DNA of 64,000 nt, from the NCBI GenBank assembly GCA_030748735.1, contig JASMLK010000157.1, positions 9,278-73,277 on the forward strand, in the 5' to 3' direction. Positions 54,607 through 64,000 of the stretch are shown piece by piece (within the stretch, counting starts at the first letter, position 1; the number at the start of each line of letters is the position of its first letter). Source of the DNA: Myxococcota bacterium. GTDB lineage: Bacteria > Myxococcota_A > UBA9160 > UBA4427. Under the pieces are notes generated by a model. The model searched no databases. It saw nothing but the letters and a program-made list of their open reading frames with translations, and was not told where the DNA came from. A program made the position numbers and the translations under genes.

Positions 54607-57566
54607 ACGGGCCTCCGGTCCTGCGCCGCATGCTGTCCTGCCGCAGTCCCACCGACTTTCGCGATGTCCACCCGCAGCCCTCGATCCGTCGAAGGCGAAG
54701 GACCGCCCGAGGTCATCTGGTAATCGAGCTGACCGTAGTTGCCGGCCAGTTGGATCGCCTTCGGCAACCCCACCAGCAGGGCGTCGTGGGACTTCCAGTT
54801 CTTGTACTGATAGGGCTCCCACATGTAGATCACGACCTGGTCGTGCCCCACCGCGGCCGATGTCGACACCATCATCTCCGCCTCGTCGAGGTCGTTGAAC
54901 ATGCGAACCATGTCGCCGTCCTCGATGCCCCGCTCGGCGGCCACGCGATCGTTTACGAAGAGCACGGGTTGGCCGCGATGCAGACGCAAAAAGTGGGGGT
55001 TGGAGGCCTGCAGGCAGTGAATGCTCGCGCGAATGTGTCCGCTGATCAGTCGGAAGGGATGAATGCCACCGATCGGTGGGGTCTCCTTGTGGGTCGGAAG
55101 CGCCTCTCCAGCCTCCATGAACCACTCGTGATCGATGTAGAACTGCGCCCGACGCGCGTAGGTGGGATAAATGAGCTTGTCGTCTACATGCCAGCGCAAC
55201 GAATAGAAGGGAGCGTTGGGATCCACCTCGTTGGCCGCCGCGTGCCCCGCGTAGCCCGGCCCGATCGAGGCTACGCGCACCTGCCCCTCCTGCTTCAGTC
55301 GCTCGTAGTCGAAGCCCTTCGGGAAGACGCCCGTGTGCTCGGCCACCGCCGCAAATTCGCGCACCACGTCTTCGTGGTTGCTCAAGTGGCCGTTCATGGT
55401 GAAGCGTTCGTGGAGATCGGCGTACTGCTGGCGATCACCCGCGTTGTCCTCGAAGGACTTCATCCCCCGGGCACCTGCTCGCTCTTCGATCTTCTTGAGC
55501 AATGCCGCAAAGATCTCCCATTCCGGCGTGGCCTCTCCCTGCGGCTCCACCGCCTGTTCGATCAGGCAGGTGTAGGGGTTCATGCCGAAGGTCAACGTCA
55601 TGTCGGTCTTCTCGTAGTACCAGGCCGCGGGCAGCACGATGTCGCAGTACATGGCGGAAGAGGAGAGCCGGGGATCGATGGCGACGAGCATCTTCAGCTT
55701 TGGGAAGAGCTTCTCGACGTAGGTCTGGTGAGCGCTTCGCTCACGTCGCAGCGGGTTGTGCGCCATCAACATCAGCACCTGGGGTGGCTCGTCCGGCCCC
55801 GGCCCGGTGAGCGCTTCGTCCCAGTAGCCCCGCTCGACGGAGTCCTTCAGGTACTGGCCGAAGCTGCGATCGAGGGACGGGTCCTGCCACTCGCTGCGGT
55901 CCCACAGCTCGTCATAGCCCGCATGGTTGTACATGTAGAAGGCGGGGAAGACCGATCCCATTTCCCGGGTGGCCTTCTGCTGGAAGGCGATACTCACCAT
56001 CTCGTCGCTGAGCGACGGATCCTTCATCTTCATCCACAGTGACTTCGCCATCACCGGCGCGATCAGTCCCCACAGCCCCCAGCGCTCGAGCGGTGAATTC
56101 ATGGCGCTCACCGCCTGAAAACCGGTCTCGGGAATCAGGAAGCAATTGAAGCCCGTGCCGGGCTTGCCCCAGTTCCCCGTTAGCCCCATGGCGAGCAACA
56201 AGCTTCGCTCCATCAGGTCGCCGTGGTACTGCTTGGCTGAAGTGAAGCCGATGAAGCTGCAAGTGCGTTTCGTCGCCACCTTGCGGGCGAAGTCGCGAAT
56301 CACGTCCGGATGGATGCCGCAGACTTCGCTCGCCTGCTCGGGACGATGCTCGCGGTCGAGCTTGCTGCGAAGCAGCTCGAAGCCGGGCGTGACCTCGACC
56401 TCGCTGCCGTCGGCGAGTTCGACGACGTGGCTTCCGGCGAGCGCCTGCACGCCGTCGAATTCGAGTGTGCCGCGCGGAGCTTCTACGACGCGATCAGAGC
56501 CTTCGTCGAAGAAGTAGAGCTGGTCTTCCCGGCCGCGCCCGAGGTCCGGCGCGCGCAGATAGCGCCCGGTGTCCTTGCGCACCAGGATCGCGAGGTCGGT
56601 CTGTTCCCGCACGAAGTCTGGCTGGTGGAGCCCTTCCTCGACGATCACCTGACAAACGGACAACCAGAAGGCGGCATCGGTCCCCGTGCGCAGGGGAAGA
56701 TGGAAGTCGGCCGCCAGGGCGGTGGGGTTGTAGTCAGGCGCCAGAAGCGCGATCTCGCTGCCGTTGTAGCGAGCCTCGGTGATGAAGTGATAGATCGCCG
56801 GCCACGTATAGGAGGGGTTGGCATTGGTGAGGATGACGAGTTCTGCGTCGAAGAAGTTGTCGGCCGTGTAGCCCATGTGCATCTTGCCGAAGGTCTGACG
56901 CAGGCCCTTCATGTCGTCGCCGATCGCGACGTTCATGTCCGGCATGATCGCGCCCAGAAGACGCGTCACCCGCATGGCACCGTCGAGTGCGACGGTGCCG
57001 GCGTGGATGTGCGGTGCGTCGAAGACGAAGCTCTTGGGCCCCTGACTCTCGTGGGCATCGAGGATGGCATCGGCCACATCACCGAGTGCCTCGTCCCAAC
57101 TGACGCGCTTCCACTTCCCTCCGCCTCGCTCACCGACCCGTTTCAGCGGGAAGCGCACGCGCTCGGGACTGGCCAACACCTGGTGGAAGCCGCAGCCCTT
57201 CTGGCAACCCTGAGGATTGAAGTCTGGATAGGCCGGGTTCGATGCTGCGGATCGTGCGGCCTGCTCTTCGCGCCACACCATCCCGTCACGTGAGTAGACG
57301 CGAAAGGAACAACCGCCGGGTGCGCACTGATTCGTGTGGGAACCCCAATGCACGGCGTCCCACTTCCACTCGTCGCGATAGATGTCTTCCCATGCGCCGT
57401 AGCTCACGGCTGCATCGGTCGAACCGGGCTGCGCGAGCCCCGGCTTCGGCACCAGAGCCCTCAGCTGCAACAAGCCGAGCGAGAGGCCGAGTGCGCCGCT
57501 CGCCTTCAGGAAGTCGCGTCGACCAAGGGTCGCGCGTGGCGCGCACGTACGATCAGACGTCGTCAC
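54603..57566 (-). CDS. Molybdopterin catalytic alpha subunit, type II DMSO-reductase family (NarG/EbdA/SerA-like), Tat-exported
   Basis: Twin-arginine signal TLGRRDFLKASGALGLSLG, FS0 motif HTNQCAPGGCSF...x34...C, and a ~980-aa MopB + dimethyl sulfoxide reductase-type C-terminal barrel. The start was set to GTG 57566, 6 nt after GGGAGGA. Confidence 0.9.
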   Translation of the reverse strand: MTTSDRTCAPRATLGRRDFLKASGALGLSLGLLQLRALVPKPGLAQPGSTDAAVSYGAWEDIYRDEWKWDAVHWGSHTNQCAPGGCSFRVYSRDGMVWREEQAARSAASNPAYPDFNPQGCQKGCGFHQVLASPERVRFPLKRVGERGGGKWKRVSWDEALGDVADAILDAHESQGPKSFVFDAPHIHAGTVALDGAMRVTRLLGAIMPDMNVAIGDDMKGLRQTFGKMHMGYTADNFFDAELVILTNANPSYTWPAIYHFITEARYNGSEIALLAPDYNPTALAADFHLPLRTGTDAAFWLSVCQVIVEEGLHQPDFVREQTDLAILVRKDTGRYLRAPDLGRGREDQLYFFDEGSDRVVEAPRGTLEFDGVQALAGSHVVELADGSEVEVTPGFELLRSKLDREHRPEQASEVCGIHPDVIRDFARKVATKRTCSFIGFTSAKQYHGDLMERSLLLAMGLTGNWGKPGTGFNCFLIPETGFQAVSAMNSPLERWGLWGLIAPVMAKSLWMKMKDPSLSDEMVSIAFQQKATREMGSVFPAFYMYNHAGYDELWDRSEWQDPSLDRSFGQYLKDSVERGYWDEALTGPGPDEPPQVLMLMAHNPLRRERSAHQTYVEKLFPKLKMLVAIDPRLSSSAMYCDIVLPAAWYYEKTDMTLTFGMNPYTCLIEQAVEPQGEATPEWEIFAALLKKIEERAGARGMKSFEDNAGDRQQYADLHERFTMNGHLSNHEDVVREFAAVAEHTGVFPKGFDYERLKQEGQVRVASIGPGYAGHAAANEVDPNAPFYSLRWHVDDKLIYPTYARRAQFYIDHEWFMEAGEALPTHKETPPIGGIHPFRLISGHIRASIHCLQASNPHFLRLHRGQPVLFVNDRVAAERGIEDGDMVRMFNDLDEAEMMVSTSAAVGHDQVVIYMWEPYQYKNWKSHDALLVGLPKAIQLAGNYGQLDYQMTSGGPSPSTDRGLRVDIAKVGGTAAGQHAAQDRRPV

Positions 57567-57684
57567 CGCGTTCCTCCCACTTCGAGGCCACAGCCGCGGA
57601 GCACGCGCCAAGTGGACAGTGACTACATTGTTTATCATGCTATGTAGATAGCGTCAACACTGCGGGTCCTTTCAGGAGATCCAC

Positions 57685-58272
57685 TTGCCCTATCACCACG
57701 GAAACCTGCGCCAGGAATTGCTCGACGCCGCAGCCGAGGCCGTCGAAGAGGAGGGCCTCGCGGCGCTCAGCCTGCGCGCCTTGGCGCGCAAGGTCGGGGT
57801 CTCACACGGAGCACCCGCCCGCCACTTCCCCGACAAGGCGGCCCTGCTCACCGCGATGGCCACAGAGGCGCTAGCGCGATTTCGAACGGTGATGCTCGAA
57901 GCGGGCGAAAAGGGAGATTCTGCCCTCGAGCGCTACCGGGCCATGGGCCGACACTACGTGCATTTCGCGATCGAGCACCCCGCGTACTTCCACATCCTGG
58001 GTCGCCCCGAGTTCTACAGCGCGGGCGACGAGGAGTTCGCCCGCGGCTACCAGGAATTCTTCGACGCGATGAGGCAGGTAGCGGCCGACGCCCAGCGCGA
58101 AGGCAAGGTGGAGGGACTCGACCCCGAAGCGTTCCTGATTTCCACCTGGGCGATGGCACACGGCCTTGCCAACCTGTGGCTCGACGGCACGCTGGAAGAC
58201 CGCATCGGGCCCGTCGACATCGAGGCCATTGCCGCCAACGCGTTCGATGTCGTGTTCGCGAACACCGAATGA
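57685..58272 (+). CDS. TetR/AcrR-family transcriptional regulator, divergent from the molybdoenzyme operon
   Basis: MPYHHGNLRQELLDAAAEAVEEEGLAALSLRALARKVGVSHGAPARHFPDKAALL HTH. The TTG start is preceded by AGGAG. Confidence 0.85.
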   Translation: MPYHHGNLRQELLDAAAEAVEEEGLAALSLRALARKVGVSHGAPARHFPDKAALLTAMATEALARFRTVMLEAGEKGDSALERYRAMGRHYVHFAIEHPAYFHILGRPEFYSAGDEEFARGYQEFFDAMRQVAADAQREGKVEGLDPEAFLISTWAMAHGLANLWLDGTLEDRIGPVDIEAIAANAFDVVFANTE

Positions 58273-58330
58273 GGTCGAACCGAGCCCGGTCCTCACTCGA
58301 GATGATGATCGACGGCTCGCGTCAATGAGG

Positions 58331-58355
58331 TCGGGGCGCACGCCAGCCGCCCCGA
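58331..58355 (+). terminator. GC hairpin after the TetR gene (TCGGGGCG-N9-CGCCCCGA)
   Basis: Read directly; no U tract. Confidence 0.25.
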
Positions 58356-58490
58356 TCGTCACCTCGACTATCGCCGTATGAGCGCTCAACGGACTGCTAG
58401 CCTGTGCCTGGCGGCGCGGCCTTCGGGGCAAACGGTCCAGCAAGGATCAACGATCGGCCGGGGTAGCTGCCCCATCGCGAGGGGGGGAAG

Positions 58491-59981
58491 ATGAATCGCA
58501 AAACTCACCGGGCGAAGAAAATCGCGCCGGCTGATGCGCCCCTCGCAGCGATCATCCTGGCGATCACCCTGGCAACGACAGCAGGTGCGGCAACACGCGG
58601 CGACGACGAGGCGAACCAGACCGCGCCCCCCTTCTGGACCAAACTCGAAACGCCGCGTTTCATCGAACCGGTCGGTGTCCCGAACACCTTCGCGGACCTG
58701 GCGGAGCAGGTTTCCCCGGCCGTGGTAAACATCCAGGTTTCGGTCGGCGATACAGAATCCACCGGCATTCCGAGACGTTGGCGCGAATACCACGACTTTC
58801 CTTTCGAATTCACCCCGCACGGGCCCGCCCGGGGTGAGGGGTCGGGCTTCGTGATTTCGCCGAGTGGTTACGTGGTCACGAACGCCCACGTAATCGAGGG
58901 CGCGGAGAAGATCACGGTGAGCTTCCTCGACGGGCGCAAGCTGACCGCGACCGTCGTCGGCACAGATCCCAAGACCGACATTGCGCTCATCAAGGTCGAG
59001 TCGGAGACGCCGCTCCAGGCCATTCCCCTCGGCGATTCCGATTCGGTGCGGCCCGGCGAATGGGTCGTCGCGATCGGCAACGCGATGAGCCTCGCCCATT
59101 CGGTGACCGCGGGCATCGTGAGCGCAAAGCATCGCTATCTCGCACGCGGCAACTACGACGACTTCATCCAGACCGACGCGGCGATCAACCCTGGCAATTC
59201 GGGTGGGCCGCTGATCAACCTCGCGGGTGAAGTGATCGGGATCAACACGGCGATCAACCCCGCGGCCAACACCATCGGCTTTGCGGTGCCGATCAAGATC
59301 GCAAAGCAGATCCTTCCCCAGCTCAAGGCCGACGGACGCGTGACACGGAGTTGGCTCGGCGTTGAAATCCACGAACTCACGTCAGAAGAAAAGCAACGGT
59401 CGGGCGCGGATCGCGGCGCTCTGGTGTTTCGCGTGCTGCCCGAGACGCCCGCCATGCGGGCGGGCCTCGAAGCCGGGGACGTGATCGTGGCCTTCGACGG
59501 CAGCACGGTCGAAAGCCATCGGCAGTTGCCTGTGATCGTCGCCAACACGTCGAGCAACCGCGAAGTCGAAGTCGAGGTGCTGCGCAAAGGAGAACGCCGT
59601 GCGATCGGCGTCACCCTCGCGCAGATGGAAGAAGCCGAACCTCGCGGCCGCACCCACGAGCGCTTCGTGCCCCCGCCCCCGCTGACGGCGCCGTCGTCGA
59701 GCGAGCGATTCGGTCTCGACGTGCAAGAACTCGACGCTCCACTCGCCGAACAGTTGGGGCTCGAGAACGCTGACGGCGTGATCGTCACCCACGTCGAAGT
59801 CGACAGCCCCGCAGGCCATGCCGGGCTGCGCCGCGGAGACGTGGTTCTCGAAGTCGAGGGCGAGCGCGTGGATTCGACAGCAGCACTCGACCAGGCCCTC
59901 GCCGATGCCGGCGATCGCGCCGTGCTGCTCGTGCGCCGCGACGGGGCCACGCTCTTCATCCCGCTGCGACAAGCGCCCTGA
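58491..59981 (+). CDS. HtrA/DegP/DegQ-family serine protease with two PDZ domains (second paralogue)
   Basis: TNAHVIEGA, TDIALIKV, GNSGGPLINL catalytic triad contexts; PDZ segments GLEAGDVIVAFDG and GLRRGDVVLEVEG. Confidence 0.9.
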   Translation: MNRKTHRAKKIAPADAPLAAIILAITLATTAGAATRGDDEANQTAPPFWTKLETPRFIEPVGVPNTFADLAEQVSPAVVNIQVSVGDTESTGIPRRWREYHDFPFEFTPHGPARGEGSGFVISPSGYVVTNAHVIEGAEKITVSFLDGRKLTATVVGTDPKTDIALIKVESETPLQAIPLGDSDSVRPGEWVVAIGNAMSLAHSVTAGIVSAKHRYLARGNYDDFIQTDAAINPGNSGGPLINLAGEVIGINTAINPAANTIGFAVPIKIAKQILPQLKADGRVTRSWLGVEIHELTSEEKQRSGADRGALVFRVLPETPAMRAGLEAGDVIVAFDGSTVESHRQLPVIVANTSSNREVEVEVLRKGERRAIGVTLAQMEEAEPRGRTHERFVPPPPLTAPSSSERFGLDVQELDAPLAEQLGLENADGVIVTHVEVDSPAGHAGLRRGDVVLEVEGERVDSTAALDQALADAGDRAVLLVRRDGATLFIPLRQAP

Positions 59982-60095
59982 CCCGGCGCCGTGAGACGCA
60001 ACACAGCGGGCGCCCACGGGTGCGCAACCACCTGCCCTGCTTGATTTGCGCCAGGCGCGCTTGACGCTCCCGGCGTCGTGTCCACCGTTGCGGCC

Positions 60096-62699
60096 ATGCA
60101 GATGGACAAACTCACGATCAAGTCGCAAGAAGCCCTCTCCGCCGCGCAGCAGCGGGCCGCTTCCCTTGGCCACAGCCAGATCGACAGCATTCACGTGCTC
60201 GCCGAACTCGCCCAGCAGACCGACGGCAGCACGCGGCCGATCCTGCAGAAACTCGGCATCGCGCTGCCGAGCCTCGAAGCGAAGATCGAAGAGCATCTGT
60301 CGTCGCTCCCGAGCGTGAAGGGCCAGACCCAGACTCCAGGTCTGGCACCGGGCTGCGGCGAAGTCCTCGAAGGGGCCTTCGTCGAGGCCGAGAATTTCAA
60401 GGACGAATACGTTTCGACGGAACACGTCCTGCTTTCGATGGCGAAGATCGATCGCGACCCCGCCGGCGCGATCCTTCGCGATCTCGGAGCCAATCACACA
60501 GCGCTTCTGCAAGCGCTCGAAAGCGTACGAGGGAGTGCTCGCGTGACCGACCCCGATCCCGAAAGCAAGTACCAGGCGCTCGAGAAGTTCGGGCGCGATC
60601 TCACCGAAGTCGCCAACAAGGGCAAGCTCGACCCCGTGGTCGGCCGCGACGAAGAGATTCGCCGCGTGGTCCAGGTGCTGTCGCGACGCCGCAAGAACAA
60701 CCCGGTACTGATCGGTGAGCCGGGCGTCGGCAAGACGGCGATCGCCGAGGGCCTCGCCCAGCGCATCGCCGAAGGCGACGTCCCCGAAACCTTGAAAGAC
60801 AAGCGCGTGATCTCCCTCGACGTCGGCGCGCTGATCGCCGGCGCGAAGTATCGCGGTGAATTCGAAGACCGCCTGAAGGCGGTGCTGAGAGAGATCGCCG
60901 ATTCGGACGGCGCGATCGTGCTCTTCATCGACGAACTCCACACGATCGTCGGTGCGGGCGCCGCCGAAGGCGCAAGCGATGCCGCCAACCTGCTGAAGCC
61001 CGCGCTTGCGCGTGGCGAGTTGCACTGCATCGGCGCCACCACGCTCGACGAATATCGCAAGCACGTCGAAAAGGACGCCGCCCTCGAACGCCGCTTCCAG
61101 CCGGTGATGGTCGGCGAACCCAACGTCGAAGACACGATCTCGATCCTGCGCGGCTTGAAGGAGCGCTACGAGGATCACCACGGCGTGCGCATTCACGATG
61201 CCGCGCTCGTGGCCGCCGCCACACTCAGCCATCGCTACATCTCCGATCGTTTCCTTCCCGACAAAGCGATCGACCTGATGGACGAGGCGGCGAGCCGCGT
61301 GCGCGTGCAGATCGACTCGAAGCCCGAAGAACTCGACAGCCTCGAGCGCAAGCAGGTGCAGCTTTCGATCGAGCGTGAAGCGCTCAAGAAGGAAAGCGAC
61401 GACGCCAGCGTTGCGCGCCTCGAAACCGTCGAGCAGGAAATCGCCGAACTGCGCGAGCAGAGCGACGCCATGCAGGCGCGCTGGCAGAACGAGATGGACA
61501 TCATCACGGCGGTGCGCGAGTTGATCTCACACCGCGGCGAGCTGAACGTCCAGCTCGAGCGCGCTCAGCGCGAAGGCAATTTCGAACGCGCCGGCGAAAT
61601 CCAATACGGCGAACTCGTGAAGCTCGAGCAAGAGCTCACCACCAAACAGGAAGAACTCGCCGCGCTCCACAGCCACGGCTCACTGTTGAGCGAAGAAGTC
61701 ACCAGCGACGAAGTCGCCGAAATCGTCTCGCGCTGGACCGGCATCCCGGTCTCGAAGATGATGGAGAGCGAACAGGGCAAGCTGCTGCAAATGGAAGACA
61801 AGCTGCACCAGCGGGTGATCGGCCAGGACGACGCCCTTTCGGCCGTGTCGAACGCGGTGCGCCGCGCACGCGCGGGCTTGCAGGACCCGAACCGCCCCGT
61901 CGGCTCGTTCATCTTCCTCGGGCCCACGGGCGTCGGCAAGACCGAAACCGCCCGCGCCCTGGCCGAGTTCTTGTTCGACGACGAGCAGGCCATGGTGCGC
62001 ATCGACATGAGTGAGTTCATGGAGAAGCACTCGGTGTCGCGCTTGATCGGGGCGCCTCCCGGCTACGTGGGATACGACGAGGGCGGCTATCTCACCGAAG
62101 CCGTGCGCCGGCACCCCTACGGCGTGGTGCTCTTCGACGAGATCGAAAAAGCGCACCCCGACGTCTTCAACGTACTGCTGCAGATCCTCGACGACGGTCG
62201 CTTGACCGACGGCCAGGGTCGCACGGTCGACTTTCGCAACGTGGTCTTGATCATGACCTCGAACATCGGCAGCGAGCACATCGTGGGCCTCGGTCCCGAC
62301 GAGCAGGACGAGATGGAAAATCGGGTGAACGCCGCGCTGCGCGGTCACTTCAAGCCCGAATTCCTGAACCGCGTCGACGACGTGATCATCTACCGCCAGC
62401 TCGAGCGGGGGCAGATCGGTGCGATCGCGCAGATCCAGCTCGACCGGGTTCGCGCGCTGCTCGTCGATCGCAGGCTCGAACTCGACCTCACCGAGGCGGC
62501 ACAGGAACTGATTGCCGACCGCGGGTTCGACCCGACCTACGGTGCACGCCCGCTCAAGCGCGTGATCCAGCGCCTGGTCCAGGACCCGCTCGCGCGACGC
62601 ATCCTCGAAGGCGACTTCCCGGAAGGATCGAAGATCCTGGTGGATGTGAAGCCCGAAGGGATCGCCGGGGGAGACGTCTTCGAGTTCCGGAAGGTCTGA
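60096..62699 (+). CDS. clpB: ATP-dependent chaperone/disaggregase ClpB
   Basis: Clp_N repeats, two AAA modules ([10 protein letters not shown]; [11 protein letters not shown]), a long middle coiled coil, and [12 protein letters not shown]. The start was trimmed to ATG 60096 (MQMDKLT). Confidence 0.95.
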   Translation: MQMDKLTIKSQEALSAAQQRAASLGHSQIDSIHVLAELAQQTDGSTRPILQKLGIALPSLEAKIEEHLSSLPSVKGQTQTPGLAPGCGEVLEGAFVEAENFKDEYVSTEHVLLSMAKIDRDPAGAILRDLGANHTALLQALESVRGSARVTDPDPESKYQALEKFGRDLTEVANKGKLDPVVGRDEEIRRVVQVLSRRRKNNPVLIGEPGVGKTAIAEGLAQRIAEGDVPETLKDKRVISLDVGALIAGAKYRGEFEDRLKAVLREIADSDGAIVLFIDELHTIVGAGAAEGASDAANLLKPALARGELHCIGATTLDEYRKHVEKDAALERRFQPVMVGEPNVEDTISILRGLKERYEDHHGVRIHDAALVAAATLSHRYISDRFLPDKAIDLMDEAASRVRVQIDSKPEELDSLERKQVQLSIEREALKKESDDASVARLETVEQEIAELREQSDAMQARWQNEMDIITAVRELISHRGELNVQLERAQREGNFERAGEIQYGELVKLEQELTTKQEELAALHSHGSLLSEEVTSDEVAEIVSRWTGIPVSKMMESEQGKLLQMEDKLHQRVIGQDDALSAVSNAVRRARAGLQDPNRPVGSFIFLGPTGVGKTETARALAEFLFDDEQAMVRIDMSEFMEKHSVSRLIGAPPGYVGYDEGGYLTEAVRRHPYGVVLFDEIEKAHPDVFNVLLQILDDGRLTDGQGRTVDFRNVVLIMTSNIGSEHIVGLGPDEQDEMENRVNAALRGHFKPEFLNRVDDVIIYRQLERGQIGAIAQIQLDRVRALLVDRRLELDLTEAAQELIADRGFDPTYGARPLKRVIQRLVQDPLARRILEGDFPEGSKILVDVKPEGIAGGDVFEFRKV

Positions 62700-62735
62700 G
62701 CGATCGGATCGGCGGGGAAGCGTTGGTGGAGCGCG

Positions 62736-63998
62736 CTACAAGTCGGCGTGCTGATACAACGTCCCGTCGCGGAAGCCCAGCTTGCGATACCAGCCGCGTG
62801 TTCCCACGGCGGAGATAACCGATAGCGTCCGGTAGCCGCGTTCCTTCGCGAGTCGCCGCGCTTCCTCGATCAGTCGTGTGCCGAACCCCTGATGCTGCGC
62901 GTGCCCGCGGCCTCGCGCGCCGAGGTCGAGGGCACCGCCGTAGACGTGCACTTCGCGGATCAGCGCCGACGCCGTGATCTCGTCGCAGAAACCTTCGTCC
63001 TTGGGGAAGCAGAGCCGCAGGAACCCGACGATCTGGTCTCCGGGCGTGGTGAATTCGATGAAAGCGTCTTCGCTGTTGCCGCTCGCGTAGGTCGTCGCAC
63101 GCAACTCGACCGCGTCGCTCACGAAGTCGTCGCGGCGGATTTCGCGTACGCGGATCTCCTCGCACCGCCCTCCCCGCTCTGCGAGCGCACGCTCGGCGAG
63201 TTCACGGAAGTTCGTGAGCTTGTTCCCGACGACGATGTCGTCAGACGAGATGTCGCGAATCACCCGGGTGAGTCGGCAGTAACGGGGTGCCCTCTCGAGC
63301 GCGTGGGTGAGCACACCGAGCAGCTCGTCGTGCTCGTACGGCCGCCACTCCCCCGCTTCGTAGTGACGCATCAACTCCGCCGTCTCGATCAGGCTGCATG
63401 GGTAGACCTTGAGTTCGTCGGGGCGGAAGTCGGGGTCGTCGAAGAGGCGGTCGAAGTCTTCGCAGTCGCGCTCGGGAGTCGAAGCCAGGAGGTTCGGCAT
63501 CCAGTGTGCATGGATCTTGAAGCCCGCGCGGCGTAGGCGTGCCATCGCGACGCGCGTGTCGCGGACGTCATGGCCGCGATCGATGGCGTCGAGCACCGTG
63601 TCCGAAACGCTCTGGATCCCCAGCTGCACCTTCGTACAACCCAGCCGTCGGATGCGAAGTACTTCGGCTTCGCTGACATGGTCGGGACGCGTTTCGACCG
63701 AAAACCCGACGTTGCGACAGACGGCGTCTTCGTTTCGCTTCTGGCTCGCCTCGAGTTCCTCCCATGTCGCGCGCTCACCTTGCTCCGCATTGGCCGCAGC
63801 GCTCCCTTCAGCACCCGCTCCCTGCTCGCGAAGCTGCTGCTGAACCACCTGGTTGTAGAGCGGGCCGGTACGGATGCCTTCCGGCGCCGAGGCTTCGAAT
63901 GCGTCGTAGTCGACCTGCGCGGGCACGGCGTCTTCGCGCCCGTCGATCTCCGCGCCGAAGTCGTTCATGGCGTCGAAACAACGCTTCACGAACCAGAC
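62736..63998 (-). CDS. Elp3-like radical-SAM + GNAT protein (bacterial elongator protein 3 homologue); the N-terminus lies beyond the right edge
   Basis: ETRPDHVSEAEVLRIRRLGCTKVQLGIQS, HWMPNL, ELKVYPCSL, and a C-terminal GNAT (IREVHVYGGA...HQGFGTRLIEEA). The frame stays open to the window edge (..VWFVKRCFD..). Confidence 0.85.
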   Translation of the reverse strand, partial: VWFVKRCFDAMNDFGAEIDGREDAVPAQVDYDAFEASAPEGIRTGPLYNQVVQQQLREQGAGAEGSAAANAEQGERATWEELEASQKRNEDAVCRNVGFSVETRPDHVSEAEVLRIRRLGCTKVQLGIQSVSDTVLDAIDRGHDVRDTRVAMARLRRAGFKIHAHWMPNLLASTPERDCEDFDRLFDDPDFRPDELKVYPCSLIETAELMRHYEAGEWRPYEHDELLGVLTHALERAPRYCRLTRVIRDISSDDIVVGNKLTNFRELAERALAERGGRCEEIRVREIRRDDFVSDAVELRATTYASGNSEDAFIEFTTPGDQIVGFLRLCFPKDEGFCDEITASALIREVHVYGGALDLGARGRGHAQHQGFGTRLIEEARRLAKERGYRTLSVISAVGTRGWYRKLGFRDGTLYQHADL

Positions 63999-64000
63999 CT

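Noticed and set aside
58273-58490. SigmaE-type promoter upstream of the second htrA
   Set aside because: There are only weak resemblances (GGCAAAC ... TCAAC) to GGAACTT-N16-TCAAA, which is not convincing.
60030-60095. Heat-shock (sigma32) promoter upstream of clpB
   Set aside because: CTTGATTT and CTTGACGC are present, but no CCCCATnT-like -10 lies at the right spacing. I cannot support a call without transcription-start data.

Overview
GC-rich bacterial chromosomal window with a strong GC3 bias. Almost every real gene throws long antisense or out-of-frame shadow ORFs in the six-frame track, and I discounted those. I support about 55 protein-coding genes, 2 pseudogenes, one dispersed repeat family and a few regulatory or hairpin candidates. 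I found no rRNA, tRNA or CRISPR array by eye.

Layout, left to right:
1. 1-9.5 kb, minus strand: a PEP-CTERM-type exopolysaccharide export module. It holds an ExeA-like ATPase fragment, a chain-length determinant, an OM beta-barrel and a Wza-like exporter, driven by a sigma54 response regulator. manA follows, then a second paralogous sigma54 regulator with a soluble PAS histidine kinase.
2. 9.7-11.8 kb: ligA.
3. 11.8-14.5 kb: a scarred accessory patch. It contains an IS91-like transposase stub, two ~315-bp direct repeats bracketing a PEP-CTERM FGE-fold protein, and a 5'-truncated, frameshifted MATE gene.
4. 14.5-17.3 kb: small hydrolases.
5. 17.8-22.4 kb: a carbamoyltransferase/SxtJ/DUF5989 triad and a heparinase II/III-like gene coupled to rsmI.
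6. 23-35 kb: housekeeping genes (yraN-like, rplS-trmD-rimM-KH-rpsP, DciA-like, DUF1015, tsaC, purD, alr, thiSGE, galK).
7. 35.4-43 kb: HtrA, then a self-contained exosortase cassette. It comprises an exosortase-EpsI fusion, one VIT+vWA PEP-CTERM substrate, an OmpR-type regulator and a histidine kinase.
8. 43-52 kb: an ABC1 kinase and an acyl-CoA/lipid catabolic operon that includes TetR, DUF3237 and an LLM oxidoreductase.
9. 52-57.6 kb, minus strand: a Tat-exported type II DMSO-reductase-family molybdoenzyme (alpha, beta, EB_dh-type gamma). An unknown Cys-rich membrane protein sits where the NarJ-type chaperone normally is.
10. 57.7-64 kb: TetR, a second HtrA, clpB and a bacterial Elp3 homologue that runs off the right edge.

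The best candidates for something new are the exosortase cassette and the atypical molybdoenzyme operon. All family assignments come from motif recognition by eye, and no database search was run.
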